From an uncultured Desulfobacteraceae bacterium (GTDB lineage: Bacteria; Desulfobacterota; DSM-4660; Desulfatiglandales; Desulfatiglandaceae): 36,894 nt of DNA. The position numbers were made by a program, and so were the translations under genes. Positions 1-8,871 of the stretch are shown piece after piece. Every line of letters starts with the position of its first letter. Position 1 is the stretch's first letter. The DNA lies in NCBI GenBank assembly GCA_964513115.1, contig CAZENC010000001.1, forward strand, positions 1-36,894. Reading direction: 5' to 3'. The notes under the pieces are model-generated. The model ran no database searches and was not told the origin of the DNA. It saw nothing but the letters and a program-made list of their open reading frames with translations.

Positions 1-743
1 TTGAAAATATGGTGAATGAGGCAGCCCTTATGGCGGCCCGCCGCTCCAAAGACAGGGTGGGAATGGTCGATTTCGAAGATGCCAAGGACAAGGTCCTGAT
101 GGGCGCAGAACGGAAAAGCATGATCATAAGTGATGAAGAAAAGAAGATCACCGCCTACCACGAGGCTGGACATACCTTAGTAGCCAAATTAACTCCTAAC
201 GCGGATCCTATCCACAAGGTTACAATTATCCCGAGGGGCAGGGCGCTTGGATTGACCCAGCAGCTACCTATAGATGAAAAACATACCTATCCAAAAGAAT
301 ATCTGTTAAGCACTATCTCCATATTAATGGGAGGAAGGGCGGCTGAGGAGATTGTCCTGGACCTGCAGACGACTGGTGCTGGAAATGATATCGAACGGGC
401 CTCGGATATAGCCCGCAAAATGGTATGTGACTACGGTATGAGCCAGGAGTTGGGCCCTCTTACATTCGGCAAGAGGGAGGAACAGATCTTTTTGGGCAGG
501 GAACTCTCGCAGCATCGAGATTACAGTGAGTCAACAGCACAAAAGATAGATGAGGAGGTAAGGAACATTGTAACCAGCGCCTACAAAAAAAGCTCGCAGA
601 TTATAAAAGACAACATCGATACCCTGCATAGAATGGCCAAAGGCCTTCTGGAAAAAGAAACTTTGGACAGTCATGATATTGATGAAATAATGGCTGCCGG
701 GGATGCACCAGAACCTCAAAAAACCGAGGCTATTGCAACCTGA
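1..743 (+). CDS. ftsH: ATP-dependent zinc metalloprotease FtsH, C-terminal part (5' end lies upstream of the window)
   Basis: ORF is open to the window start. Has the HEAGH zinc motif ([10 protein letters not shown]), IIPRGRALG, and the C-terminal helical region typical of M41 FtsH. Confidence 0.92.
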   Translation, partial: ENMVNEAALMAARRSKDRVGMVDFEDAKDKVLMGAERKSMIISDEEKKITAYHEAGHTLVAKLTPNADPIHKVTIIPRGRALGLTQQLPIDEKHTYPKEYLLSTISILMGGRAAEEIVLDLQTTGAGNDIERASDIARKMVCDYGMSQELGPLTFGKREEQIFLGRELSQHRDYSESTAQKIDEEVRNIVTSAYKKSSQIIKDNIDTLHRMAKGLLEKETLDSHDIDEIMAAGDAPEPQKTEAIAT

Positions 744-751
744 TAAAAGGA

Positions 752-1609
752 ATGAATCGAATGGGGTTCGCGCTGAGCTGGGCAGACTACTCCTTAAACC
801 TGGACCGGAGAACTCATGTCATGGGGGTTTTGAATGTAACCCCCGATTCCTTTTCGGACGGGGGTCGCTATTTTGACCTGGATAACGCTGTCGAACATGC
901 CTTAGTAATGGCCAGGGAGGGTGCAGATATAATTGATGTAGGCGGCGAATCAACAAGACCCTATGCCCCAAAAATTTCCACCAATGAAGAAATGGATCGG
1001 GTAATTCCCGTGATAGAGGCCCTGTCTGAAGAACTCACAATTCCGATCAGCATAGATACTTACAAGCATGAAGTTGCGCAGGAGGCCTTGAAACGCGGAG
1101 CCTCCATAATCAATGATATAAGCGCGTTAAGGTTTGATCCTCAAATGGCTTCAATTGCAGCCAAGGCAGGAGTTCCCGTGATCCTCATGCATATGAAGGG
1201 AACGCCTGAAAATATGCAGGACGATCCTGCCTATGAGGATCTTATCACAGAAATCCTGGGCTTTTTGAAGGGTGCCATAAGGCGGGCTATGGCCGCCGGT
1301 ATTAATGAGGATTTGATTCTTGTGGACCCAGGGATCGGGTTTGGAAAAACATTTGATGACAATCTCAAAATTATCAGGGACCTTTCCCGGTTTCACGTCC
1401 TTCAAAGGCCGGTTTTATTAGGTCCTTCCAACAAGGCCTTTATCGGCCATATACTGGACAGAGAACCTGACCGGAGAGACACCGGTACAATGGCTACGAT
1501 TGCATATATGGTGATGAACGGCGCGCATATCGTAAGGGCACATAATGTCAAAAAAACCGTTGAAACGATTAAAATGATTGAGACCATAAAAAGAGGAAGC
1601 GTCAATTAG
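752..1609 (+). CDS. folP: dihydropteroate synthase
   Basis: Motifs [30 protein letters not shown] and DPGIGFGK. The SD-like AAGGA at 747-751 fits the second ATG (761) better than ATG 752. Confidence 0.9.
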   Translation: MNRMGFALSWADYSLNLDRRTHVMGVLNVTPDSFSDGGRYFDLDNAVEHALVMAREGADIIDVGGESTRPYAPKISTNEEMDRVIPVIEALSEELTIPISIDTYKHEVAQEALKRGASIINDISALRFDPQMASIAAKAGVPVILMHMKGTPENMQDDPAYEDLITEILGFLKGAIRRAMAAGINEDLILVDPGIGFGKTFDDNLKIIRDLSRFHVLQRPVLLGPSNKAFIGHILDREPDRRDTGTMATIAYMVMNGAHIVRAHNVKKTVETIKMIETIKRGSVN

Positions 1610-1637
1610 CGCGAAATCGAAAACAAAGATTGGAATC

Positions 1638-2405
1638 ATGTTATTCTGTATTGATATAGGCAACACGAACATACTTTTTGGTGTGACAAACGAGAACACG
1701 CTTTTGAAACACTGGCGTATCAGAACCGAAAAGGATGCAACGTCTGATGAACTGGGCATTCTGGTCAATAGCCTTTTCCAATCCGCCGGGATTAGAATGG
1801 AGGACATCAAAGACACCATAGTATCCTGTGTTGTTCCCCCGTTATTAAACACGATTGAAGATTTCTGTCGGCGCTATTTCAACACCATACCGATAATTGT
1901 AGGCCCTGGAATAAAAACGGGAATGAAGATAAAATATGATAATCCTAAGGAGGTCGGGGCAGACCGCATTGTAAACGCGGTAGGTGCCTATGAAAAATAT
2001 CATACGGCACTGGTCGTCGTCGACTTTGGAACAGCAACCACCTTTGATTACATATCAAGCAAAGGTGAATATATGGGGGGGGCCATCGCGCCGGGCGTGC
2101 TGATATCCTGCGAGGCCCTTTTCCAAAAGGCCTCAAAGCTCCCGAGAGTTGAGATATTTGCGCAGCCAAAAAGCGTCCTGGCCAAGGACACCATCAGCAG
2201 TATGAATGTGGGAATAATTTACGGTTACGCCGGCCTTGTAGATGGTATCGTCAACCGCATGAAGAAAGAGTCCGGGGAGGCCTTGACGGTGATCGCCACT
2301 GGAGGGCTTGCATCGATTATTTGCGATGTCTCAGAAACGATCGATCATGTTGAAGAATTTCTGACACTCCAGGGACTGATGAGCATCTTTAAGAAAAACC
2401 AATAA
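1638..2405 (+). CDS. coaX: type III pantothenate kinase
   Basis: N-terminal [15 protein letters not shown] and ATGG motifs of the CoaX/ASKHA fold. 255 aa is a typical length. Confidence 0.9.
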   Translation: MLFCIDIGNTNILFGVTNENTLLKHWRIRTEKDATSDELGILVNSLFQSAGIRMEDIKDTIVSCVVPPLLNTIEDFCRRYFNTIPIIVGPGIKTGMKIKYDNPKEVGADRIVNAVGAYEKYHTALVVVDFGTATTFDYISSKGEYMGGAIAPGVLISCEALFQKASKLPRVEIFAQPKSVLAKDTISSMNVGIIYGYAGLVDGIVNRMKKESGEALTVIATGGLASIICDVSETIDHVEEFLTLQGLMSIFKKNQ

Positions 2406-2448
2406 TTATCAATAAATTAGAGCACCAAAAGAAATCCTCCGGTGGGAT

Positions 2449-3306
2449 TTATCCAGGGACCCTGCCGTAAAACATCGAATAGGTAAATAACGCATAATAA
2501 TCCCGATGATTCAGAATGAAATCCGGTGACTCCGGCAGACAAAGACGCCGGTACTCTGCCCGATCTTCAGGTGTAAGCTCTGATTCCACCCCTGGCCAGC
2601 GCATCTGAAATAGATCCGCCAATGCGCTGTGAAGATCATCTGTCAGCGGGGCATAGGCGTCTCCCGCAAATGTTTGGGCCGTGGGTTCCTCAAGGCCCGC
2701 TTCACATAACCAGCCCAGCGCGCGAGGGAAATGCAACTCCGGTCTCTTCCCTTTAGCAAAAGGGGCAAGCCCCGAAGATGTCGCATTAAGGTGGGCCTCC
2801 AAAAGTGGATATCCTGGAAGTAGTCTCTCAGAAGACCACGCAAGTATGACAACCATGCCGCCAGGCTTTACCGCCCGTGCAAGTTCCTTCACCAACGGAA
2901 GGGGTTCAATTGGAGCATACCCCACGCAATTGGAGCTCCATGCCCAATCAAAGGCATCATCTTTAAAGGGGAGCTTGCTCACGTCTCCTTCCTGAAAGGA
3001 GATCTGTTCCGAGAAGCCGGACTCCCTTACAATTCCCCCCGCATGAAGGAGAAACTCGAGGGACAAATCAAGAGCATTAACGTGTCCTGCGGGACCCACT
3101 GCCTCTGCAAGCAACAAGGCTTGGAGGCCAATTCCACATCCTGCATCCAGGCCTCGGCTCCCCGAAGGGAGTTGAAGTGCCTGGATAGCCGAACGAAGGG
3201 TTGGCTCAATTAATGGATTAGATACCGCCAACTTTTTTATGTAAGTATCGGTGTCAGGCATTTCCCATCCTCGGAAGGAAAACTTCTCTTCTATTGAACA
3301 CTCCAA
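2449..3306 (-). CDS. class I SAM-dependent methyltransferase
   Basis: SAM-binding motif LDAGCGIGLQ, followed by DVSKLPF..FDWAW and VKPGG motifs. GC is visibly higher than in neighbouring genes. Confidence 0.8.
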   Translation of the reverse strand: MECSIEEKFSFRGWEMPDTDTYIKKLAVSNPLIEPTLRSAIQALQLPSGSRGLDAGCGIGLQALLLAEAVGPAGHVNALDLSLEFLLHAGGIVRESGFSEQISFQEGDVSKLPFKDDAFDWAWSSNCVGYAPIEPLPLVKELARAVKPGGMVVILAWSSERLLPGYPLLEAHLNATSSGLAPFAKGKRPELHFPRALGWLCEAGLEEPTAQTFAGDAYAPLTDDLHSALADLFQMRWPGVESELTPEDRAEYRRLCLPESPDFILNHRDYYALFTYSMFYGRVPG

Positions 3307-3313
3307 ACCCTAT

Positions 3314-3841
3314 TTAACCATTACTCCGCTTTTTTTGTTTAAAGACCATGCAAGTACTAACAGCATGGGCATATAGCTTTTCTTGTTTATCAACGAGTTT
3401 TCCTTCAGCTGTGGCTATGCGATTGCCGACATGAATGGTTTTTGCTTTACATCGCACTGTCCCTGTTTGGCTGACAATAGGAAGAATAAAGTTAACCTTA
3501 ATCTCGATCGTTGAACAATTGGCACCACGTGGAAGTGTGGAAAGAATGGCTGCAGTCATTGTAGTATCGAGCAAAGTGCTTGCAATCCCACCATGAACAG
3601 TACCGAACGGGTTGTAATGATATTCCGCAGGATCAAGTTCAAAGACAGCAAGACCTGCATCAATTTCCGATATATTGTAACCCAAGAGTCTCGCAATTGG
3701 CGGTGGTGAAATCTCCCCCTTTTTAATGGCACGCAAATACTCCAAGCCGCTAATGGAGTTAGCATCCCTGGCACTTATTCTGGGATCTTCCCAGACTATG
3801 GTGCGAATACGTTGCGTGTTGCTTTTTTCATTTGAAGACAT
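3314..3841 (-). CDS. PaaI-family (hotdog fold) thioesterase
   Basis: The NPFGTVHGGIASTLLDT motif and length are typical of PaaI/YdiI thioesterases. Only 7 nt separate it from the downstream methyltransferase, so they are probably one operon. Confidence 0.8.
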   Translation of the reverse strand: MSSNEKSNTQRIRTIVWEDPRISARDANSISGLEYLRAIKKGEISPPPIARLLGYNISEIDAGLAVFELDPAEYHYNPFGTVHGGIASTLLDTTMTAAILSTLPRGANCSTIEIKVNFILPIVSQTGTVRCKAKTIHVGNRIATAEGKLVDKQEKLYAHAVSTCMVFKQKKRSNG

Positions 3842-4037
3842 GAGATCTCCATAGGTAAGAAGAATAATTCATGTTTTTCTCTGCGTCGGCCCAATTGACC
3901 GGCCATCTTTATCGAAATAAAAGGGTCAGAGTTCAACCTTCTACTATATGCGTTTCTTATGCCACCAAAACAGGCGGACGCTCCATCTGAAATAGGCTAA
4001 TTCCTTTTCTTATCTCTAAATACCTCTCCGGATTTGC

Positions 4038-4601
4038 CTACGTTAACAATTTAAGCGCCTTCCTGAATTCACTGGTTCCCGCTTTTATAAGTAATTCATA
4101 TATGAGCATTTCAGTGGTTGTGATTGTAACATTATTCTGCCTCAATCTATCTAGGGCAATCTCCTTATTGTTTATGGATCTGGAGGATACAGCGTCACTT
4201 ACAACATGGACCCCGTATTCATTAATTGCGTCTAAAACCGTTTGCGCTACGCAAATATGGGCCTCAATACCAGTGACAATTAAAGTTTTTTTGTTCAGAT
4301 GTTTTAAAAATTTGCAGAATTCCTCTGATGCGAAACAACTGAATGTTATCTTCGAAACAGGCTGAAAGGTGGTCATTTCATCTCGTATTTCGCTTACTGT
4401 ATCACCGAGGTTCTGTTGCTCGGTGAGGACAATAGGAATATCAACGATGTTTGAAAATCTGATAAGCCTGACAATATTTTCTATACTCCTGTCAGCTTCC
4501 TCAATTACACGAACAAGTTTTTCTTGAACATCGATTACAAGCAATGCACAATCTTCTTTTCTCAATAATGCTGAAGAGGATGATTTCATCTTCGACTCCA
4601 C
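4038..4601 (-). CDS. isochorismatase-family hydrolase
   Basis: ALLVIDVQEKL N-terminal motif and the catalytic-Cys context TGIEAHICV. Confidence 0.8.
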   Translation of the reverse strand: MESKMKSSSSALLRKEDCALLVIDVQEKLVRVIEEADRSIENIVRLIRFSNIVDIPIVLTEQQNLGDTVSEIRDEMTTFQPVSKITFSCFASEEFCKFLKHLNKKTLIVTGIEAHICVAQTVLDAINEYGVHVVSDAVSSRSINNKEIALDRLRQNNVTITTTEMLIYELLIKAGTSEFRKALKLLT

Positions 4602-4625
4602 CTGTTATATTATGAGAGGTTTTCT

Positions 4626-5123
4626 CTATATCCAGCGCCTTACCTTTCCCTTGTATGCCGACCAGGCTTCACCAAATTTTTCTTCAAGCTTTCTCTCTTC
4701 AACCCTTATAAAAACAATCTCCATCAAGAAAACGAATACAGGGATGACCGCATATGGAGTCAGAGACCCCATGAGGACCCCTATTCCGAAGAGAATCAGC
4801 ACCATCCCTACATACATTGGATGTCTGCTGATCCGGAATACTCCTGTCGTTATCAAGGTTTTTGATTCTTCAAAGGGTTTTACCGTAGTACTTGTCTTTT
4901 TAAAGGCTGCGTCAGCTACAAGGTTAAGGATTATACCTATGGCCAATGGAACAATTCCCAAGAGGTTCCATGGAAAACAGATGACCCGTAACACCGGAAA
5001 CACAAAATAAAGCACCAGCATGGCTATAATTGAAGAAATCAAGTATGTTGGCGGCAATACCTTTTTTTTGGACATGGTTCCTTTCTCCCAATGCCAATCT
5101 TCTTGTCCTGATCTATGCATCAC
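4626..5123 (-). CDS. isoprenylcysteine carboxyl / phospholipid methyltransferase family membrane protein
   Basis: Multi-TM protein with TTGVFRISRHPMYVG...EE..LEEKFGEAW, the signature of ICMT/PEMT-type membrane methyltransferases. Confidence 0.75.
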   Translation of the reverse strand: MMHRSGQEDWHWEKGTMSKKKVLPPTYLISSIIAMLVLYFVFPVLRVICFPWNLLGIVPLAIGIILNLVADAAFKKTSTTVKPFEESKTLITTGVFRISRHPMYVGMVLILFGIGVLMGSLTPYAVIPVFVFLMEIVFIRVEERKLEEKFGEAWSAYKGKVRRWI

Positions 5124-5229
5124 AGGGGCACTGGGTTATCACACGCCATCCGTCCGAATAAAGCTTTTATGGATCATCCGGTTAATGAATACGCCTCAAG
5201 ACAACCCATTATTGCGAGGTTGAAAGGGA

Positions 5230-5745
5230 TCAGCCTTTACCTCTCAATTTTTTCTTCTTCCAGGGTTTAAGGATAGAAATAAACACGGTAATTATCAAAA
5301 CCACGCATTGAATGCCACCGAAGATAAAGTTCATTTCTTGGTTGTAGAGATAAGGCTGATCACTCAATGATAACATGCCCAATTTACCGGAAATCTCCAT
5401 CATGGTGGTCTCCCATGGACCGAGAAAAAACGTCCCAAAAAGTATTGCGGCAACAGTGACAATCCATTTGAAGATAAGCCAGTTGTGTTTAAAGAACCCC
5501 CAATTACTAAAGATTGAATAAAGGAGACCTGTGATCAGGCAGCCAAAAGCCCCTGGAATCACAATTACCAACATATCAACATGATGGATGCTCTGGTTAA
5601 TTCCGTATAATACACCACCGTCTGTTACGCCATTTTTTAGAAAATACAGCAAAAACAATGCAACAGCTCCGCCTACCCAGCAGGAAACAGCAATCAGGTG
5701 AAATCCTTTTAGCCATCGCAATCCTTTCGCACCCATTTTCGGCAT
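5230..5745 (-). CDS. hypothetical integral membrane protein (about 4 TM helices)
   Basis: Long ORF with four hydrophobic segments and a basic C-terminal tail. No family recognised. Confidence 0.55.
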   Translation of the reverse strand: MPKMGAKGLRWLKGFHLIAVSCWVGGAVALFLLYFLKNGVTDGGVLYGINQSIHHVDMLVIVIPGAFGCLITGLLYSIFSNWGFFKHNWLIFKWIVTVAAILFGTFFLGPWETTMMEISGKLGMLSLSDQPYLYNQEMNFIFGGIQCVVLIITVFISILKPWKKKKLRGKG

Positions 5746-5921
5746 GTTCGTCCCTCACACATATCGGATATGGACCATGTAACGCAGAAATGCTGGTCTG
5801 ATACATTGATTAGTTCGACTCTCTTGATATTTTATATCCTTCTCAACCGTCACGTCGGCTGGTAAACTCTGAACGCGTACGTCCTCCTTTATCGACTTTT
5901 TATATGAACACTTTATGCTTG

Positions 5922-6803
5922 TTAAAAATTTGCTATTATAGGCCGAAAGGGAGGTACCCCAAATCGTCTGTAGTAAGGTTCGCATTTTGAGAGGAAAAGA
6001 AAGGTGATGCGGCCTTTCATGTCTTCCTTTTCCTCATCCAGGCTATCAAAATTTCCGCCGCCTTTTGAAATAATCATATCGGCGTTCCTTACCAGCTCCC
6101 TTACTTCGGTAGAGCATCGCCGAATCCGGGTACCCGGAAAGGGACCCTGGATTCCGTTTTCAACTACCCTCGCGACCCTGTCCATACCTGTAAATTGAGC
6201 CTCCGCTATCGTGGAATCATTCATAGCAGGTGTGCTTTTAACGATATAGACGATGTCCGGATTGCGGGTCTTACGTATCGTCTCAATGAGAAGCCTGTCC
6301 AGAACAATCTCTCCGGAATTGTCACCAAAAATCAAGACCAGGTTGCTGCACATAAGGCGATTTTCAAATTCTTTGTATTCCTTTTCGGGGAACTCGAATT
6401 CGAGGTTCTCCTTAATGGTACGTTCGATACGCTCCGTACTGTGCGGCACCATAAAGTCTATGGCATTTCCAACAATGGCTAGTTTAACGGCCATAAGAAG
6501 GGGATCGGTGGAGTCCTCTGTAAGTGCCCGGAGGGACGGATAAAGTTCCAAAGCAATATCGTTCTGCTTCCTCTTCTCCAAGGAAAAGGGATCAGGATCT
6601 CCCGAAGCCGCCATGATTTTAGTCATGGCCAACTCGATGACGTCCGGGCTTGTTGTGTCATGCAAGCCTAATCTGAGTGACGGTAACTGCATGATATCAA
6701 TAAATATTTCCCTGGCATGGGATTCATCAATATTGAGCAGCCTGATCATTAATGCGGACACGTTCAGTATGCAGGGTATGCATTCGAGTTGGAGTAGCAT
6801 CAC
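5922..6803 (-). CDS. DUF89 (ARMT1-like damage-control phosphatase) family protein
   Basis: N-terminal CIPC motif, GDNSGEIVLD and SKGGGNF motifs characteristic of DUF89. Confidence 0.72.
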   Translation of the reverse strand: MMLLQLECIPCILNVSALMIRLLNIDESHAREIFIDIMQLPSLRLGLHDTTSPDVIELAMTKIMAASGDPDPFSLEKRKQNDIALELYPSLRALTEDSTDPLLMAVKLAIVGNAIDFMVPHSTERIERTIKENLEFEFPEKEYKEFENRLMCSNLVLIFGDNSGEIVLDRLLIETIRKTRNPDIVYIVKSTPAMNDSTIAEAQFTGMDRVARVVENGIQGPFPGTRIRRCSTEVRELVRNADMIISKGGGNFDSLDEEKEDMKGRITFLFLSKCEPYYRRFGVPPFRPIIANF

Positions 6804-6906
6804 CTTTTCCTTTCAAAATTTTTATCTGAAGTCTTGGCCTGGCCCGGCCGTTACAAAATCACCGTCTATGGCGGAAACCTATAATTTTATTTACTTCGCC
6901 TGTTTT

Positions 6907-7326
6907 CTAGTCTGCGTCTGTCAGATGATTTTGAATGAACTTCTGTATAGCCGCGACGACCTGTTCCTTGAACTCGGATGGGCTCTGTGCTACCCACACA
7001 GTGAAATTGTAGAATTCCTGGGTATCAGCCTTCAGCCATTTTCCGTTACTAAATAAGAACGTGAGCAAGGTAGTTATGGCAATTCTTTTATTACCATTCT
7101 GAAAAGGATGATTTTTGATCATAAGATAAAAGAGAATACCGGCCTTGGCGACAAACCTCGGGTACAAGGCCTTACCTGAGAATCTCTGAAACGGAGTCAA
7201 TACGCAGCTTTCAAGCAGATTTGGAAAACGGGTTGAAAAATCCGGTATTGGTTCGTTAAAAGAGAGATGTTCCTTTGCTAGCCTAAAGGCAAGATATTCT
7301 ACGTCCGCTATGGTGATGATTCTCAC
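6907..7326 (-). CDS. doc: Fic/Doc (death-on-curing) family toxin
   Basis: Fic motif in its Doc form, HPFQNGNKRIA. 139 aa. The GTG start overlaps the stop of the upstream HTH gene (TAGTG). Confidence 0.85.
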   Translation of the reverse strand: MRIITIADVEYLAFRLAKEHLSFNEPIPDFSTRFPNLLESCVLTPFQRFSGKALYPRFVAKAGILFYLMIKNHPFQNGNKRIAITTLLTFLFSNGKWLKADTQEFYNFTVWVAQSPSEFKEQVVAAIQKFIQNHLTDAD

Positions 7327-7592
7327 TATTCCTTACCCAATTGCTTCAGGACTTCTCCGTATTCTTGCACTGTTTTGCGAACAGCGGCGTCTATCCTTTG
7401 CTTTCCCCTTCTCGTTACCGCCTTGCCCAAGATGTTTGAAATAGTCTGGTCTTTAATAACATAGGTCCTGCCTATCCTTGTGGCAGGGATCTGTCCTTTC
7501 TTGACCCGATTGTAGATTGCGATCCGGCTGACTCCGAGAAGTCTGGCCAGTTCAGGAATAGTGAGGTATTTTTCGTCGGCCATAGCTTTCAC
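7326..7592 (-). CDS. excisionase/MerR-type helix-turn-helix DNA-binding protein, probable antitoxin of Doc
   Basis: LTIPELARLLGVSRIAIYNRVKKGQIPATRIG is an HTH_17-like motif. 88 aa, translationally coupled to doc. Confidence 0.72.
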   Translation of the reverse strand: MKAMADEKYLTIPELARLLGVSRIAIYNRVKKGQIPATRIGRTYVIKDQTISNILGKAVTRRGKQRIDAAVRKTVQEYGEVLKQLGKE

Positions 7593-7605
7593 CTGAAATT
7601 ATAAT

Positions 7606-7688
7606 GTTAATACAATGCTTATAAGTTAACACAGGTTAATCTATCATGCAACTATTAACATAAGTTAATGTAATCTGTAGAGGTTAAC
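7606..7688. promoter_or_regulatory. array of GTTAA(C/T) half-sites; candidate operator/promoter of the HTH-doc operon
   Basis: Six GTTAA/TTAAC copies at 7606, 7625, 7635, 7656, 7664 and 7683. They include two GTTAAC palindromes and the inverted repeat ATTAAC-ATAA-GTTAAT (7655-7670), and start 14 nt upstream of the HTH gene start. Confidence 0.4.
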
Positions 7689-7745
7689 AAGAAAAATATG
7701 ACCTTCCGAAATGGGATCCCAAACTGAAATCTTGGCGCTAAGCCG

Positions 7746-7773
7746 TTTCTGAAAGCCTGCAGCCTTTCAGAAA
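7746..7773 (-). terminator. 10-bp perfect hairpin downstream of the BrnA-like gene
   Basis: TTTCTGAAAG (7746-7755), loop CCTGCAGC, CTTTCAGAAA (7764-7773). There is no clean U-tract, so terminator function is uncertain. Confidence 0.35.
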
Positions 7774-7790
7774 TCGGCTTTGGTGACTTA

Positions 7791-8108
7791 TCAGGCATCA
7801 AGTTTCCGTCTTCTCAATTCAGGAGCAGTGGGCAAAGATCCACGCTCCAGGGAAATTTGTCTGGCAAGATAGATTTTTGCCAGACTCTGGTAAGGCACAT
7901 CTTTTTTATTTGCGAGGGTTTTTAGTTCAGCCAGCATACCTTCCGGCAGGCGAATTGAGATTGATTTTAACGATGGCTTTAATTTGGGAAAAGAAGCCCT
8001 TTTGAAATCTTTTGTATTAAAATAATCAAGTGGAGAATGAGTAGCCCAGAATTCTCGTTCTTCGTCTTCATTTCTAAATTTAGGAATGGTTTTATCCTTT
8101 TTCATCAT
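7791..8108 (-). CDS. BrnA-like (CopG/RHH) antitoxin
   Basis: N-terminal DEEREFWATHSPLDYF and C-terminal SISIRLPEGMLAELKTLANKKDVPYQSLAKIYL are typical of BrnA-family antitoxins. Confidence 0.72.
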   Translation of the reverse strand: MMKKDKTIPKFRNEDEEREFWATHSPLDYFNTKDFKRASFPKLKPSLKSISIRLPEGMLAELKTLANKKDVPYQSLAKIYLARQISLERGSLPTAPELRRRKLDA

Positions 8109-8306
8109 AAAACTCCCTTTCTTTCTTATTCATGTCCCTGGCGGAAATATACAAGTCAAGCTTTTTTTAAGGCAGTAAGGGGGACGGCAAGGGGGCCCAC
8201 TTCACAATGGGTCGAACGAAGAGTTCACAGGCAGCGGACAATTAAAGGGTTTCCCCTACTTCCAATTTCCTAGGATCAGCAAAAAAATGGAATCTATTTA
8301 TTTCGA
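8092..8306 (-). pseudogene. degenerate BrnT (DUF497)-like toxin remnant
   Basis: Minus-strand frame reads ..FFADPRKLEVGETL*LSAACELFVRPIVKWAPLPSPLLP*KKLDLYISARDMNKKEREFYDEKG*. The C-terminal LYISAR..KKERE.Y matches the BrnT IRIISAR..ER..Y signature and overlaps the brnA start by 17 nt. There are two in-frame TAA stops, one at an A7 run, and no start codon. Confidence 0.35.
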
Positions 8307-8420
8307 CTAACCTTTTAGAACCTTACCATCGTGCATTTCGACAGAAAAACTCTCTGAATGAAAACCTGTTTGGTCCGTTTGGGGAAACCTGAACAGGACA
8401 ACTTGACCTTCGGAAATCAT
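8307..8420 (-). pseudogene. truncated MazF/PemK-like toxin (N-terminal 37 codons only)
   Basis: ATGA overlap with the stop of the upstream antitoxin gene. MISEGQVVLFRFPQTDQTG matches the MazF/PemK N-terminus (GD.V.V.FP.TD..G.K.RP). The similarity is then lost and the frame stops at 8307. Confidence 0.45.
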
Positions 8421-8629
8421 CAAAACACTTCCTTTAGATCTTCTATCGAATAGGGTGTTTCTTCATGTTCCATTCCACGCATTGCAGAAGACAGGGAAAA
8501 GGCTGACCAGTTTTTCCCCTCTTTTTTTGAGGCCTTAGTTTTGAGATGATCGATAAAATTCAATGCCTCAGCCTGTTCAGAAGGGGGCAATTCCTGTAAA
8601 CCCTTAATAATGGTTTCTTCTAAGCTCAT
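8420..8629 (-). CDS. DUF2281-like small antitoxin
   Basis: 69 aa. LQELPPSEQAEALNFIDHLKTK plus a C-terminal YSIEDLKEVF tail, as in DUF2281-type antitoxins paired with MazF/PIN toxins. Confidence 0.6.
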   Translation of the reverse strand: MSLEETIIKGLQELPPSEQAEALNFIDHLKTKASKKEGKNWSAFSLSSAMRGMEHEETPYSIEDLKEVF

Positions 8630-8871
8630 TGCAATTCCTCCATTATTTATCTATACCACGATATTCGAAATATTGCCAAAACAGAACGTTGATAAAAGGA
8701 ATATTTTGATTTATAGCTGCTACAGCATGCCTGTATTTGCGTATCTTAATATATTGCAGCAAACGGTAAAAAATACCTGTTGATTTTTATGTTTATAGAT
8801 AATATCTTAATTTTATTATGGAAATCAAGAATAAATCCGGATCGGCCGGGGAATAATTATCGGGGTTATCA

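Noticed and set aside
2075-2082. G8 run inside coaX, and T8 runs at about 5054 and about 23203, as phase-variation sites
   Set aside because: These tracts are short and lie in an essential housekeeping gene or in AT-rich context. Only the C12 tract at 21035-21046 stands out.
5755-5985. 76-aa minus-strand ORF between the membrane protein gene and the DUF89 gene
   Set aside because: It overlaps the 3' end of the DUF89 gene in another frame, has odd composition and no RBS. It is probably intergenic.
7606-7688. Possibility that the repeated GTTAA motifs are a CRISPR-like or iteron array
   Set aside because: The units are only 5-6 bp with irregular 5-20 bp spacing. There are no cas or rep genes. 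Their position right at a TA-operon promoter fits operator half-sites.
8037-8273. 78-aa plus-strand ORF across the brnA start and BrnT remnant
   Set aside because: It is antisense to a recognisable antitoxin gene and toxin remnant and has no motifs. It is a spurious frame.
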